DNA of 64,000 nucleotides from Candidatus Bathyarchaeota archaeon. GTDB lineage: Archaea; Thermoproteota; Bathyarchaeia; Bathyarchaeales; Bathycorpusculaceae. Position 1 is the first letter of the stretch; the number at the start of each line of letters is the position of its first letter. The position numbers and the translations under genes were made by a program. Shown here piece after piece: positions 19,188 through 28,126 of this stretch. The stretch covers positions 1,120,001 through 1,184,000 of the forward strand of contig OY970280.1 in NCBI GenBank assembly GCA_963715865.1, read 5' to 3'. The notes beneath the pieces were generated by a model. The model did no database searches, was not told where the DNA came from, and worked only from the letters and a program-made list of their open reading frames with translations.

Positions 19188-19195
19188 GTGTGGGT

Positions 19196-22045
19196 TTATG
19201 GTCGTCTTCGCAACGTTAGCATAAGTACTGCGCCGATTATGATGATTACGATTATTATCGCGACTGCTGAAGCTAAGACATACGTGTCAGTCATTGATGC
19301 TTGTGGTGCGGCTGTTGGCGTGGGAGTGGCGGCAGGTGATGAAACAGCAAATGCAGTCTCTGAGTATGATGGCCAGTAACCGTTAGTGCCAGCGAAAGTT
19401 GCGACAACAGTGAAATTGCCTGGAATGTCAGGTGTCCATGTGAGGCTGAAGGTGCCCGTTGCGTCAGTTGTTGCAGTGCCAATGTTCCTGTAGTTGCCAT
19501 TAGAGTCAAGAACATCTATTGCCACTTGAACACCAGTGAAGTTTGTTGGAAGTGGTTGCTGTTGGTAGACATAGCCCATCCACGCAGCCATGCTTGCATC
19601 AGATGAGACTGGAACGCCGTTTGAAAAGTCGGCTGCTTGCTGGGTTTGCATTGTTCCAGCAGATTTGTCCATCACTGTACCGCGTATTACCACGTTCTGT
19701 CCGGAGGCTAAACCTGAGTTAGGCGCTGTAACGGTTGTTGCACTTGGTCCTCTACCTACAGTGTAGATTTGTCCATCGTAACCGTTAAACCAAGTGTTGA
19801 ATCCGTCTGCGATGGCATAGCTCATTGAAGTGAATTCGCTGGTATAATCTGAAATTGTCCAGATTTCTGCACCTGTTGTGGCATTGATGGCTCGTGCTAA
19901 TGAGCCTTTGTAGATTGGGTCGATTACAGTGTGCTCAGTTGTAACCAAGTAGATCACACCATTGGCGCCAACTGCCTGTATGAATGTCGGGTAATCGCCG
20001 TAGGGTGTGTTAAATCCTGCGAGAGTGCTGTTGCCAGATCCGCCGTTACCGTATGTCCATTCTAGCTGTCCAGTTGAATCATTGTAGCAATATACCGTTC
20101 CGCCGAATGCGCTGGTGTATAGGTTACCAAAGGCGAGTTGACCGCAGAACTCGTTTGGCGCTGTTTGTCCATAGTAGTCAAGCGACTCCATAGCTGGAGT
20201 TGGACCCCATATCTTTTGTCCTGTTAACAGGCTGTATCCAATCCAATTCAGGGTTTCATAGTTTTCTTCTATGAAGACATTTGTTGTTGGGTCGACTCCC
20301 GCGTAGTAGACTGTGACGTTGCCTGCTACTGGTTGCAGTGTGTTTATCCATTTGAATGAACCGATTTGGCCTGCGGATGGGTTTAGGTTGAATGCCATGT
20401 AGGTGTAAGGTGTATAGCTGCCTGGTCCAGTAAAGCTTCCTGGTGATGCTGGTAGAGATCCGTTCAAGGTAAGCAAAACGTTGTTGTACATTCCTGCAAT
20501 TACTGAGGGTGTTGGTCCGCCTGGGTTGTTTAGTTGAGGTACTGTAACGTTCCAGTCATATGTGCATTCTGATGGGTACTGAATAGAGTTCAAAAGTGTA
20601 CCTGCTACAGTGGTGTTAAATCCTACGTTTGCTTGGACAATGAGCGTATTTTGAACGGCTGCTTGATTGGAAGCTGGGAATATTGTTGTAAGTGCATTTG
20701 CGTTGCTTTGATTGATGATTGCTGGTGAAACACTTCCTGCGCCTGTGAATGGGTTAATGTCGTATTGCCAGATTCGTGATGAATTCCATTCTGCCAAGTA
20801 CCAGTTTGGATTTGCAGTTGTACCTTTGTTCTGTAAGACGTATCGTAGTTGTTCGCCTGATGGGCCCGCTGCAACATAGCCTGTTGGAACACCAGTCACG
20901 TTAAACAGTACGGTTCCAGTGAATCCATCGACCATTTCCCATAATGCTCCGTTCGGGCAAATTAGTATTGGTGGGAAGGTTCCGTGTTCGTCTGGACTCC
21001 AGAGGTTGTATATGTAGCCGAATGATGGCGCTGGTAATGTATTGCTGGTCCAAACAACTTGTCCACTTTGCAGATTAAGGGCAACTAGTGGTCCATAGCT
21101 TGGAGCATCGAATCCTAATGGTGCCATGTAGTAGAGTATGCCGTCCATTATTATCGGGTTTACGTATCGTTGCTCGTATGCAGTGCCTTCGTAGTAGCCG
21201 ACACCTTGACCTGTTCCTGGATATCCACCGCCAGCATAGTACGCGTTGCCTCCGACGACTCCGCCACTTTGAATCGGCTTAGTCCACATTACGTGGCTAG
21301 TCAAGGATCCTATGGCGTCACCTGGATTTCGACTCATGATTGCGCCCCACATGCTCATTGGGGGGCCTGTAGAGAAAGCAGAGACCGCGCCTGAACCTAC
21401 TGCGGGGTTAACCGCTGAGCCTGCGCCCAGCCAGTTTGAGGATATAGTCCACCAGTCACTGTTTTCACCGTAGATTGGACGTGTCCAGTAAGCGGTCGGC
21501 AATGGAGAGCTGCCTACAGCAGCTGGAATTGGTGTTTGCTGCACAGTAACTGTTGTTGACGCAGAGCTGGGCATATAGGTGTCGTTGACCAATATACTGT
21601 TTGGATTACCGTTGCTTGCTGTGTATGTTTGTCCTGGGAAGCTGAATATCAGTGTGTATGTTCCGACTTTGTCGGGGGTGAATGATGTTAGCTGGTTTGA
21701 AGTGGTGTCTTGAACTGTGTCGAAAATTTTTGTTGTAACGTTGCCGTCTGGGGCTACGATGGTGAAGTTGTAGTTGTGGAATCTGTAGTTGTTGGATAAT
21801 AGTGCATAGCTGTTTGATTCACCCAAGCCTACTCCGAAGATTTGGTTGAGCCACATGAAAACGTTAACTGTCTGGCCGACACCGACTGGGTCCGGATGAA
21901 CGGAAATGTAAGCAAATGTTGGAATTTGGTATCCTGGAGCGGGGTGTGCGCTAACTTGTGGTATAAGAATTGTAGAAGCTGACATTGAAAGCATTAAGAA
22001 TATAGCAATCGCAATAGCTGTTGTTTTATTTTTAGTCATATGCAT
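19196..22045 (-). CDS. Secreted PQQ-like beta-propeller repeat protein with C-terminal membrane anchor (paralog of 185..2779)
   Basis: Same architecture and shared blocks (P.PVGVGQTV, LPT.YWTRP.Y..N..W, GYDGQIY..G.GP..TTVTAP, YQQQP.PTN); TM helix plus RRRP tail. Confidence 0.85.
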   Translation of the reverse strand: MHMTKNKTTAIAIAIFLMLSMSASTILIPQVSAHPAPGYQIPTFAYISVHPDPVGVGQTVNVFMWLNQIFGVGLGESNSYALLSNNYRFHNYNFTIVAPDGNVTTKIFDTVQDTTSNQLTSFTPDKVGTYTLIFSFPGQTYTASNGNPNSILVNDTYMPSSASTTVTVQQTPIPAAVGSSPLPTAYWTRPIYGENSDWWTISSNWLGAGSAVNPAVGSGAVSAFSTGPPMSMWGAIMSRNPGDAIGSLTSHVMWTKPIQSGGVVGGNAYYAGGGYPGTGQGVGYYEGTAYEQRYVNPIIMDGILYYMAPLGFDAPSYGPLVALNLQSGQVVWTSNTLPAPSFGYIYNLWSPDEHGTFPPILICPNGALWEMVDGFTGTVLFNVTGVPTGYVAAGPSGEQLRYVLQNKGTTANPNWYLAEWNSSRIWQYDINPFTGAGSVSPAIINQSNANALTTIFPASNQAAVQNTLIVQANVGFNTTVAGTLLNSIQYPSECTYDWNVTVPQLNNPGGPTPSVIAGMYNNVLLTLNGSLPASPGSFTGPGSYTPYTYMAFNLNPSAGQIGSFKWINTLQPVAGNVTVYYAGVDPTTNVFIEENYETLNWIGYSLLTGQKIWGPTPAMESLDYYGQTAPNEFCGQLAFGNLYTSAFGGTVYCYNDSTGQLEWTYGNGGSGNSTLAGFNTPYGDYPTFIQAVGANGVIYLVTTEHTVIDPIYKGSLARAINATTGAEIWTISDYTSEFTSMSYAIADGFNTWFNGYDGQIYTVGRGPSATTVTAPNSGLASGQNVVIRGTVMDKSAGTMQTQQAADFSNGVPVSSDASMAAWMGYVYQQQPLPTNFTGVQVAIDVLDSNGNYRNIGTATTDATGTFSLTWTPDIPGNFTVVATFAGTNGYWPSYSETAFAVSSPAATPTPTAAPQASMTDTYVLASAVAIIIVIIIIGAVLMLTLRRRP

Positions 22046-22141
22046 TTTTCTTTTTTCTTCCTTTCAATTTTATTTGAACGAAAGCGTAATCTTTTGCTCT
22101 CGCTCAGCAACCTTATTATCTATTTTTATTTATAAGACTTT

Positions 22142-22156
22142 TGCGGAAATTCCGCA
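22142..22156. promoter_or_regulatory. Palindromic operator-like site next to the promoter of the beta-propeller gene
   Basis: TGCGGAA-A-TTCCGCA perfect 7-1-7 inverted repeat, about 8 nt upstream (minus-strand sense) of a TTATAAATA TATA-like box. Confidence 0.5.
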
Positions 22157-22471
22157 TATTTCGTCATTATCTGTTCCAAAACATACAAAAAAAGTAAACT
22201 TTGTATGTAAAAGTATTTCAAATGTGGATGTGCCGAAACTTGCAAAACTGGTTAAGCTTGTTGGAATGCTTTTAACATAGTCGGATGCCCTTCCAAAGGG
22301 CTGATACCTTAGAAGAAACCATTAAACTTATGGAAATCGGTTTTGAATTTCACGCTGAAGTTGCGGGACATAAACTCTTTAGGAAGCGCAAATAATGAAA
22401 AAAACAATGGATGTCTATGTATTCTATTGGCGGTTTAGAAGACATTGAGCACCTATTTTGTTTTAAAGCTT

Positions 22472-22732
22472 CTATCTTTTAGCTTTTTTCTTCGGTTTTG
22501 GCTCGGTTTTTGGCGTTTTAGGTTTTGCTTCTGCTTTTGCTTTTTCTGCGTGCGCTTTTATGGTTGCGATGTTTTCGTCGTGTGATGATTTTCTTTTGAC
22601 GTCAACGGGTATGCCCATTTGTTTGGCTTGCTGCTTGTTTACGCCTGCTTTGGCTAATTCGGTTGGGCTAAATCCTCTTCCAGTGCTTTGTTTTCCGTTT
22701 TGCTTAGTTATTACTGCTTTGATGTGATGCAT
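22472..22732 (-). CDS. rpl13e: Ribosomal protein eL13 (L13e)
   Basis: GRGFSPTEL..AG and GIPVDVKRKSSHDEN motifs; directly follows eL15. Confidence 0.88.
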   Translation of the reverse strand: MHHIKAVITKQNGKQSTGRGFSPTELAKAGVNKQQAKQMGIPVDVKRKSSHDENIATIKAHAEKAKAEAKPKTPKTEPKPKKKAKR

Positions 22733-22735
22733 ATT

Positions 22736-23329
22736 TTACCATCTTTGTTTTTGCTTGTATCTTGCTCCTCTACGGTGGCTTGGTCTAACTTTTTCTGCTC
22801 CTCTTCCACGGTGATGTAAGCCTCTGACGTTTTTGCCTGCGCTTGTCAAGCTTCTGAAGACTCTGCTTGCGTGCTGTTTTTCAGTTATCCAGCTTACGTC
22901 TTTGTCTGTTTTTATGCCTGGAGCCTTTGGATCAAGCAGTATGACTTCGAACCATTTGTGTCGTCCGTCTTCGCCTACCCAGTAGCTGTTTAGGACTTCC
23001 ATGTTTGGGAATTTTTTTGCTGTGCGTTCTTCTGCTATGAGTCTTATGCTTTTGGCTGGTTTGAATTTGGCGACTCCCATGCGTTTGGGTCGTCTTCCTG
23101 AGCGCGGGCGTTTCTTTCTTAATCCGCCTCTGCGCACTTTTGTGCGTGCCATTACGAAGCCTTGTTTGGCTTTGTAGCCTAGTTTTCTTGCTCTGTCAAG
23201 TCTTGTTGGATGTTCGATGCGAAGGGTTGATGGTTGTTTTCGCCATTGCACTAGTCTTTCCCGCATGAGTTCTTCAACGAAGGATTTTTCTGGTTGAGAC
23301 CATTCTTCCGCTATGTACTTGTATGCCAT
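22736..23329 (-). CDS. rpl15e: Ribosomal protein eL15 (L15e)
   Basis: [38 protein letters not shown] and RGLTS-like (RSLTSAG) motifs. Confidence 0.97.
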   Translation of the reverse strand: MAYKYIAEEWSQPEKSFVEELMRERLVQWRKQPSTLRIEHPTRLDRARKLGYKAKQGFVMARTKVRRGGLRKKRPRSGRRPKRMGVAKFKPAKSIRLIAEERTAKKFPNMEVLNSYWVGEDGRHKWFEVILLDPKAPGIKTDKDVSWITEKQHASRVFRSLTSAGKNVRGLHHRGRGAEKVRPSHRRGARYKQKQRW

Positions 23330-23364
23330 TTTTCAATTTCCTCCTCAATGTTTTACTTGCTTAC

Positions 23365-23408
23365 GGTTCAGCCTTTCGGCCACATCCCAACGGACATGAT
23401 TGTCCGCC
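23365..23408 (-). ncRNA. Structured 5' leader of the eL15-eL13 mRNA (candidate ribosomal-protein leader / K-turn-like)
   Basis: Minus strand: GGCGGAC-AATCAT-GTCCGTT hairpin, then GGGATGT-GGCC-GAAA-GGCT-GAACC (GNRA-capped stem). It lies between a TATA-like box (23438-23445) and the GAGGAG SD. Confidence 0.6.
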
Positions 23409-23636
23409 TGCAATTTCACATCATAGTACCATGCAACAAAATAAACCTTTCCAGCAAACCATAGAATCTTAAGTCTATAGCCTCTTTGCATTAAGGGTTA
23501 ACTCCAAACCCAAACATTTAGAAGCTCAAATTTAGGTGACCGCACGGAGCACACACACTACGACGAAATATTTTTTTTAGTTTTTTAAAATTTTTATTTT
23601 TTGTTTAGTTCAAATTTTCCTTTGCCTTCCTATATA

Positions 23637-24770
23637 TAATTTAAACCCAAACCCAAACCGACTAAACTGACTCTCTCTCAAAAAAACACTTTTGGTCTAC
23701 GTTTTTTGTATGGTCCAAAGTCTTTTAAACAAAAACAATAGTATAAGAAACGGTGTTTAGTTGGTTGCGGTAGATTTGGGCATTATTACGTTACTGCTCA
23801 GTATTACAGCAATCGCAATTTCTATCTTGGTTTTCATAGATAACCGAAACAAGACCAAGATAATGAATAAACAGCTCCATCTTCTGGAGGAAGAATCTAA
23901 GGATAATATAAATAAGACCAAGATAATGAATGAACAACTTCTTCTTCTAAAAGAACAATCAGAAGGTAAACAAGACCTTAGGAACGCAGCCAAAATAGTT
24001 ACCAATGTGCGAGAAAAAATAGCTGCTCTCGATAGAATTAGGTATGATTGGGGCGCTTTTGGCAAATTTGCTAGTCAGAGTCTTCTTGAGCAGCTTCATG
24101 ATTCGGGTTCTCAAAAAATTACGTGGACCGTATATCCAAACATGATGTTTGGTCAGTTTACCATGTTGCTAGATAGTTTCAACAAATTTGTGAAGTTTTT
24201 TGAAGAGAAAATTCCTGCGATGAACAAAAACCCACAACCTGCTTTGTTTCCTATTTTAGAACCTATTGTTAATTTCTCTGCAACGCCGAAAATAGAAGAA
24301 AACCCAAACGTCACTGTGGAGAAAATCCTTGTCAAAGACTATGCCGGAGCGATATATTCCGTGAAAATAATGCATGATGAGCTGGAGAGTATAGCGAAAA
24401 CTATTAACTTATATGACAACTCGCTTATCGAAGAAATTCAAAAAATCTATCTTAAGATGCTAAAGGCTTTTTATGAAAGAACACAAAAAACCAGTGAATT
24501 GGAAATTTCTACTCAAATCAAGGCGAAAGAACTACCAGAATACATTCTGAGAATTGTGGCTTTTGATGTATGGAAACAATGCGTTAATGAACTGCGAGAA
24601 AAAATAACTCCACGATTGTGCGAGGTTGAAAAGCGCATTATGGCTTCTATTTAATAATGTTTTCAAAAACGACCAATCTTGTTAAGGCTTCTAAAATTAC
24701 GAGAAAAGTGTAGAATAAATTTTTTACTTAAAAAGAAGGAAATAATAATTTTAAACCCCAAACCCAAACC
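23637..24770 (+). repeat. Direct repeat TAATT(T)TAAACCC(C)AAACCCAAACC (23637-23659 and 24746-24770)
   Basis: Two near-identical copies, each about 100-150 nt upstream of one of the two island ORFs. A partial third copy (CCAAACCCAAAC) lies near 23504. Confidence 0.7.
23761..24654 (+). CDS. Hypothetical protein, N-terminal TM helix plus coiled coil with a 21-aa internal duplication
   Basis: 297-aa AT-rich ORF; NKTKIMN(K/E)QL repeated with 63-nt period (23848 and 23911). Confidence 0.75.
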   Translation: MVAVDLGIITLLLSITAIAISILVFIDNRNKTKIMNKQLHLLEEESKDNINKTKIMNEQLLLLKEQSEGKQDLRNAAKIVTNVREKIAALDRIRYDWGAFGKFASQSLLEQLHDSGSQKITWTVYPNMMFGQFTMLLDSFNKFVKFFEEKIPAMNKNPQPALFPILEPIVNFSATPKIEENPNVTVEKILVKDYAGAIYSVKIMHDELESIAKTINLYDNSLIEEIQKIYLKMLKAFYERTQKTSELEISTQIKAKELPEYILRIVAFDVWKQCVNELREKITPRLCEVEKRIMASI

Positions 24771-24922
24771 CTCGATGGGCAAATTATGGTGTGGGTATTG
24801 AATTAAAAATGCTTCTTTCGCTTATCGAGTAGTTAAAAACATAGAAGACTTTTGCAGTTTCCTTGTAAGCAACTTTTCCGATAGCCAAAAACTTAAAACT
24901 GAAACGGTGGAATAGCCTAAAC

Positions 24923-25816
24923 ATGGCAAACAAAAATAAAGACAACAGACCCGAGTTATTATCTAAACTTGACGATGTGACAAGAAAAAAGAACGCGCTG
25001 GATAGTGCTTGTCTCGAATTGAAGCTTGAGGCTAAAGCGACTCGGCGCAAATACGCTAAATTTCTTCCATACCTTATTGCATTGGTAGTCGCCCTTGTGC
25101 TGAGCTCCTACTTGGGTTACTCTTATCAGGGTTATCCTTATCGTTCTGAGATTGTGGCGTTGTTTTTTGCGGGTGATTATACTACAATCCTAATTGGCGG
25201 TGCATTTCTCATCATAATAATTAGAAAACTTGTAAATCCACTCAGCCAATCACAACGTGCTTTTCAAAAAATTGTAAATGCCATACAAACTCTTGACAAA
25301 TCTCAGGAAAGAATAGCGTATGAAGATGCTTATCTCAGTCTCAAAGGTGCTCTCAAAAACCTTGAAAAGCTGAGTTCATTTTTAACAGGCTTAACCTGGT
25401 ATGCTGGGATAAACAAAGAAATTAACCAATTCATAGAAGACATTAAGCTTATTGTGCTTCCATTAACTTTAGATTCTACCATTAAGAAAGCTGACCTCGA
25501 AGATGTTGCTCTCGCATTGTACAGCAAAAACGCTGATGAACTAAACAAAGTAAGCACAGCATTAGAAGAGAAATATCATAAGAGTGAACCTCCAGCTAAA
25601 CAGGAGACAATGTGGCATGAATTCAGTCAAACTCGTTTGGGAAGACTTGCTATTTCGCTTTGCCTTGGTTATGCTTTAATTTTGGTACTTAGTGCTTTTT
25701 ATGTTTTCTTCACTCAGCAAAATTTTGTGGTTTTTGCCAGAGGTAACCCCGACATAATAATTGTTGGAGGTTTAATAGCGTCTGGGATAACATTTTGGAG
25801 AGATAATCGAAAATAA
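24923..25816 (+). CDS. Hypothetical membrane protein (2 N-terminal + 2 C-terminal TM helices)
   Basis: 297-aa AT-rich ORF with hydrophobic pairs flanking a helical soluble domain. Confidence 0.75.
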   Translation: MANKNKDNRPELLSKLDDVTRKKNALDSACLELKLEAKATRRKYAKFLPYLIALVVALVLSSYLGYSYQGYPYRSEIVALFFAGDYTTILIGGAFLIIIIRKLVNPLSQSQRAFQKIVNAIQTLDKSQERIAYEDAYLSLKGALKNLEKLSSFLTGLTWYAGINKEINQFIEDIKLIVLPLTLDSTIKKADLEDVALALYSKNADELNKVSTALEEKYHKSEPPAKQETMWHEFSQTRLGRLAISLCLGYALILVLSAFYVFFTQQNFVVFARGNPDIIIVGGLIASGITFWRDNRK

Positions 25817-25844
25817 AAGAATATTCTTGGGAGCCAACTTGGCG

Positions 25845-26678
25845 CTACTTACTTCTCTTAAACATTTGTCTAACATCGTCAAGCTTTGAACCCACTATTT
25901 CTATGTCATCAATGCTTCCTAATCCTTTCTCGTACGCTCTTCTAATGTGAGAAATTTCCATGGGTTCAAATCCCATGATTCTGGCGGCGGTTGCGTCTGT
26001 TGCAACAACATCCTTCCCTGCAATTATTAAGTCCATTTTGACAGGCGTCCCGTCAGTTGGGCCTTTGCCCTCCATTCCTACGAACCCATCTATCAGTGTT
26101 AACGCAGGTTTGAGCACTGTATTGATATCCACTATGACTTTGCTTATGCCCTTTGCATGATATTTTCCTTTGAACTTGTCTGGCAAAAGACCAAACATGT
26201 TCTTCATGCCTAACGTGACTTTTGTTGACGCATGAGTTTTGAGTTTTGCAGCGCTTATTATGGCGGATTCTGTAACGATGCGCGGCACAGTAATGCTCCG
26301 CAATGTTTCACCGTTAGGAATGTCAATTTTGACTCTATCTTTTACATGCCGCAAGTTAAGACATTCAACGCCGTTTTGTTTGCATGTCTCCTTCATCCCA
26401 GTAGCTTCAAAGGCTTTGTCAGCATTAGTCATCGTCGCATCTGACTCGACAACGAAAATTTCAACGTGCAAATGTTTCAGCTTTTTTATTATAGCTTCAA
26501 CAACGATGGGGTCTGTTGTTGCTCCAGTGTCCCATGTTTGGGTGGTTATGAAATTAACTTTTATGAGGACCTTATTCCAACCGGATAGTGCTGACTCGTA
26601 GTCTATCAGGTCCAGCGCTTTGAAAACGGGCTCGTGCCCTCTTTCGCCTTTCACAATTGCGACTTTCGATTTCTCCAT
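25845..26678 (-). CDS. DUF362 family protein
   Basis: KVLIKVNF, KLKTH...TLGMKNMFG and IDGFVGMEGKGP..G.P...DVVATD motifs. Confidence 0.9.
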   Translation of the reverse strand: MEKSKVAIVKGERGHEPVFKALDLIDYESALSGWNKVLIKVNFITTQTWDTGATTDPIVVEAIIKKLKHLHVEIFVVESDATMTNADKAFEATGMKETCKQNGVECLNLRHVKDRVKIDIPNGETLRSITVPRIVTESAIISAAKLKTHASTKVTLGMKNMFGLLPDKFKGKYHAKGISKVIVDINTVLKPALTLIDGFVGMEGKGPTDGTPVKMDLIIAGKDVVATDATAARIMGFEPMEISHIRRAYEKGLGSIDDIEIVGSKLDDVRQMFKRSK

Positions 26679-27048
26679 TTACGACACAGTTCGCTCAATT
26701 AACTTTAACGAAGCTTTAAACGTTTATCTTTGGCGACACTGTTAAGTTAAGTTAAGTTAAGTTACCCAACATCAAAATAAACCTGCGAGCACTAACTTTT
26801 TGAAAGCTTTCAGTTCTTTTTTTGATAGTAGTCAGAAGCCTTGATTTAAAAGGCTTGTTATATTGTAATTTATATGCTGGAATTTAATAAGCGACTTAAC
26901 GGTTGTGATTGTCTGCTTACAGTCACAAAAGTTCTATAGCTATCGTCCGTTATTTATAAAAATAGATATAAATTGTCGCGGTTGTCTTTTTTTGTACGCA
27001 GTAAGCTTTAAGGGTGTTATCGTAAGTAGTAATATACCATCGATAGGT

Positions 27049-27420
27049 ATGTCCACCGTTCAACAATCGGTAGTCAGAAAAAGGTTAAATAGCAAGCAAC
27101 CGCATACTGCGGAATCAAAGGGAAAGGCGAAAAAGGGTATGACACTTGTTCAAATTGACAAAAAATCAGAGTTTGCGCTGAATGACATGCTTGCCGAAAG
27201 ATTTTACAGACTACAAAAGGACTATGAATGGATTCTTAATCATAGAGACAATCTTACAAACGAGTTTCCAAATAAGTACATTGCAGTTGAAAACGGAGTA
27301 GTGCGATTTGTAGGCGATACTGTTGAAGGCTTAATGAGCGAAATTTCCCGTAATCATGAACAAGTTGAGAATTTCGCTATTGACTTTTTAAGTCTGTATC
27401 CCCAAAGCTTTCTTTTTTAG
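27049..27420 (+). CDS. DUF5678-like small protein
   Basis: YEWILNHRDNLTNEFPNKYIAVENGVVRFVGDTVEGL pattern typical of DUF5678. ATG 27049 is preferred over the 26905 ORF start. Confidence 0.7.
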   Translation: MSTVQQSVVRKRLNSKQPHTAESKGKAKKGMTLVQIDKKSEFALNDMLAERFYRLQKDYEWILNHRDNLTNEFPNKYIAVENGVVRFVGDTVEGLMSEISRNHEQVENFAIDFLSLYPQSFLF

Positions 27421-27431
27421 GAAAAAATTTA

Positions 27432-27887
27432 TTGAAAGTAGTGGCAAAACTAGATAAAAACTACCATGCACAACTAATGGTATATTTTTGGTGCTCTCAG
27501 TTCGATGACCCAAAAGCTGTTAATTTTTTTATTGACACAGGCTGCACAACCACCACTATTTTGAATGATGATGCAACTCTTCTCGGAATAGATTGTTCAG
27601 CCCTTAATGCAGGATGCTCAGTCTCAACAGCTAACGGTAATGTAGTTCCTTACGAAATACCAGAAGTTATCTTAATTTTCCAAGCTAGGTATGGTTTGTT
27701 CAACCTTTCAAAGGGCTTAAAGGGTACTAAATTAACAAAGGTTCACTGTCATGTTCCAACAAACCCTCTCTTAATGACCCAACAAAGAATAGACAATGCA
27801 TTTAGTCTCATAGGAATGGATTTCTTAAAAAAATTCAAAACGTGGAAATGGGACTATGATAAAAAGCGATTAGTTTTAAGCACATAA
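27432..27887 (+). CDS. Retropepsin-like (clan AA) aspartic protease
   Basis: Catalytic FFIDTGCTTT, flap VSTANG and C-terminal SLIGMDFL motifs; single-lobe 151 aa. Confidence 0.88.
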   Translation: MKVVAKLDKNYHAQLMVYFWCSQFDDPKAVNFFIDTGCTTTTILNDDATLLGIDCSALNAGCSVSTANGNVVPYEIPEVILIFQARYGLFNLSKGLKGTKLTKVHCHVPTNPLLMTQQRIDNAFSLIGMDFLKKFKTWKWDYDKKRLVLST

Positions 27888-28126
27888 AATTGTGAAAATG
27901 TTGGGTAACTTAACTTAACAGTGTCATCTTTGGCGCAACAGATTTATCTGGACTAGACGATTATCAGAATTCTCATTGTTACAAGTTCTTCAAATTGTAT
28001 GTATAGCCTAATAACGTCGTCTATGCTCAAGTCTTTGCAGGCTGGATTGTTTGAACAAAACTTTTACGCGATCGAACAAATGTCCCTATCCTTTGAATCT
28101 CTACTCCTTATAGCAAAGCATGATAA

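Larger units (their letters stand above)
26735..27925. mobile_element. Non-autonomous IS-like transposon carrying two passenger genes (no transposase)
   Basis: Left end GACACT(GTTAA)4GTTACCCAACAT (26735-26772). Right end ATGTTGGGTAAC(TTAAC)2AGTGTC (27898-27925) is its reverse complement minus two GTTAA units. A 9-bp direct repeat ATCTTTGGC lies at 26726-26734 and 27926-27934. Confidence 0.92.

Noticed and set aside
18783-19379. 198-aa plus-strand ORF
   Set aside because: It is antisense to two real genes and spans a terminator region; no recognisable motifs.
22281-22310. GCCCT-TCCAA-AGGGC-TGAT hairpin as a fluoride riboswitch or K-turn
   Set aside because: It lacks the upstream GATGGxGTTC core and has no suitable downstream gene on that strand. 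Only a 5-bp stem is supported.
26741-26764. (GTTAA)n run as a CRISPR or iteron array
   Set aside because: There are no spacers, and it is part of the left terminal inverted repeat. No CRISPR array or cas gene was seen anywhere in the window.
26905-27048. N-terminal 48 codons of the 171-aa track ORF
   Set aside because: The sequence is promoter-like and AT-rich with an alternative start codon. The DUF5678-like protein more plausibly starts at ATG 27049 or later.
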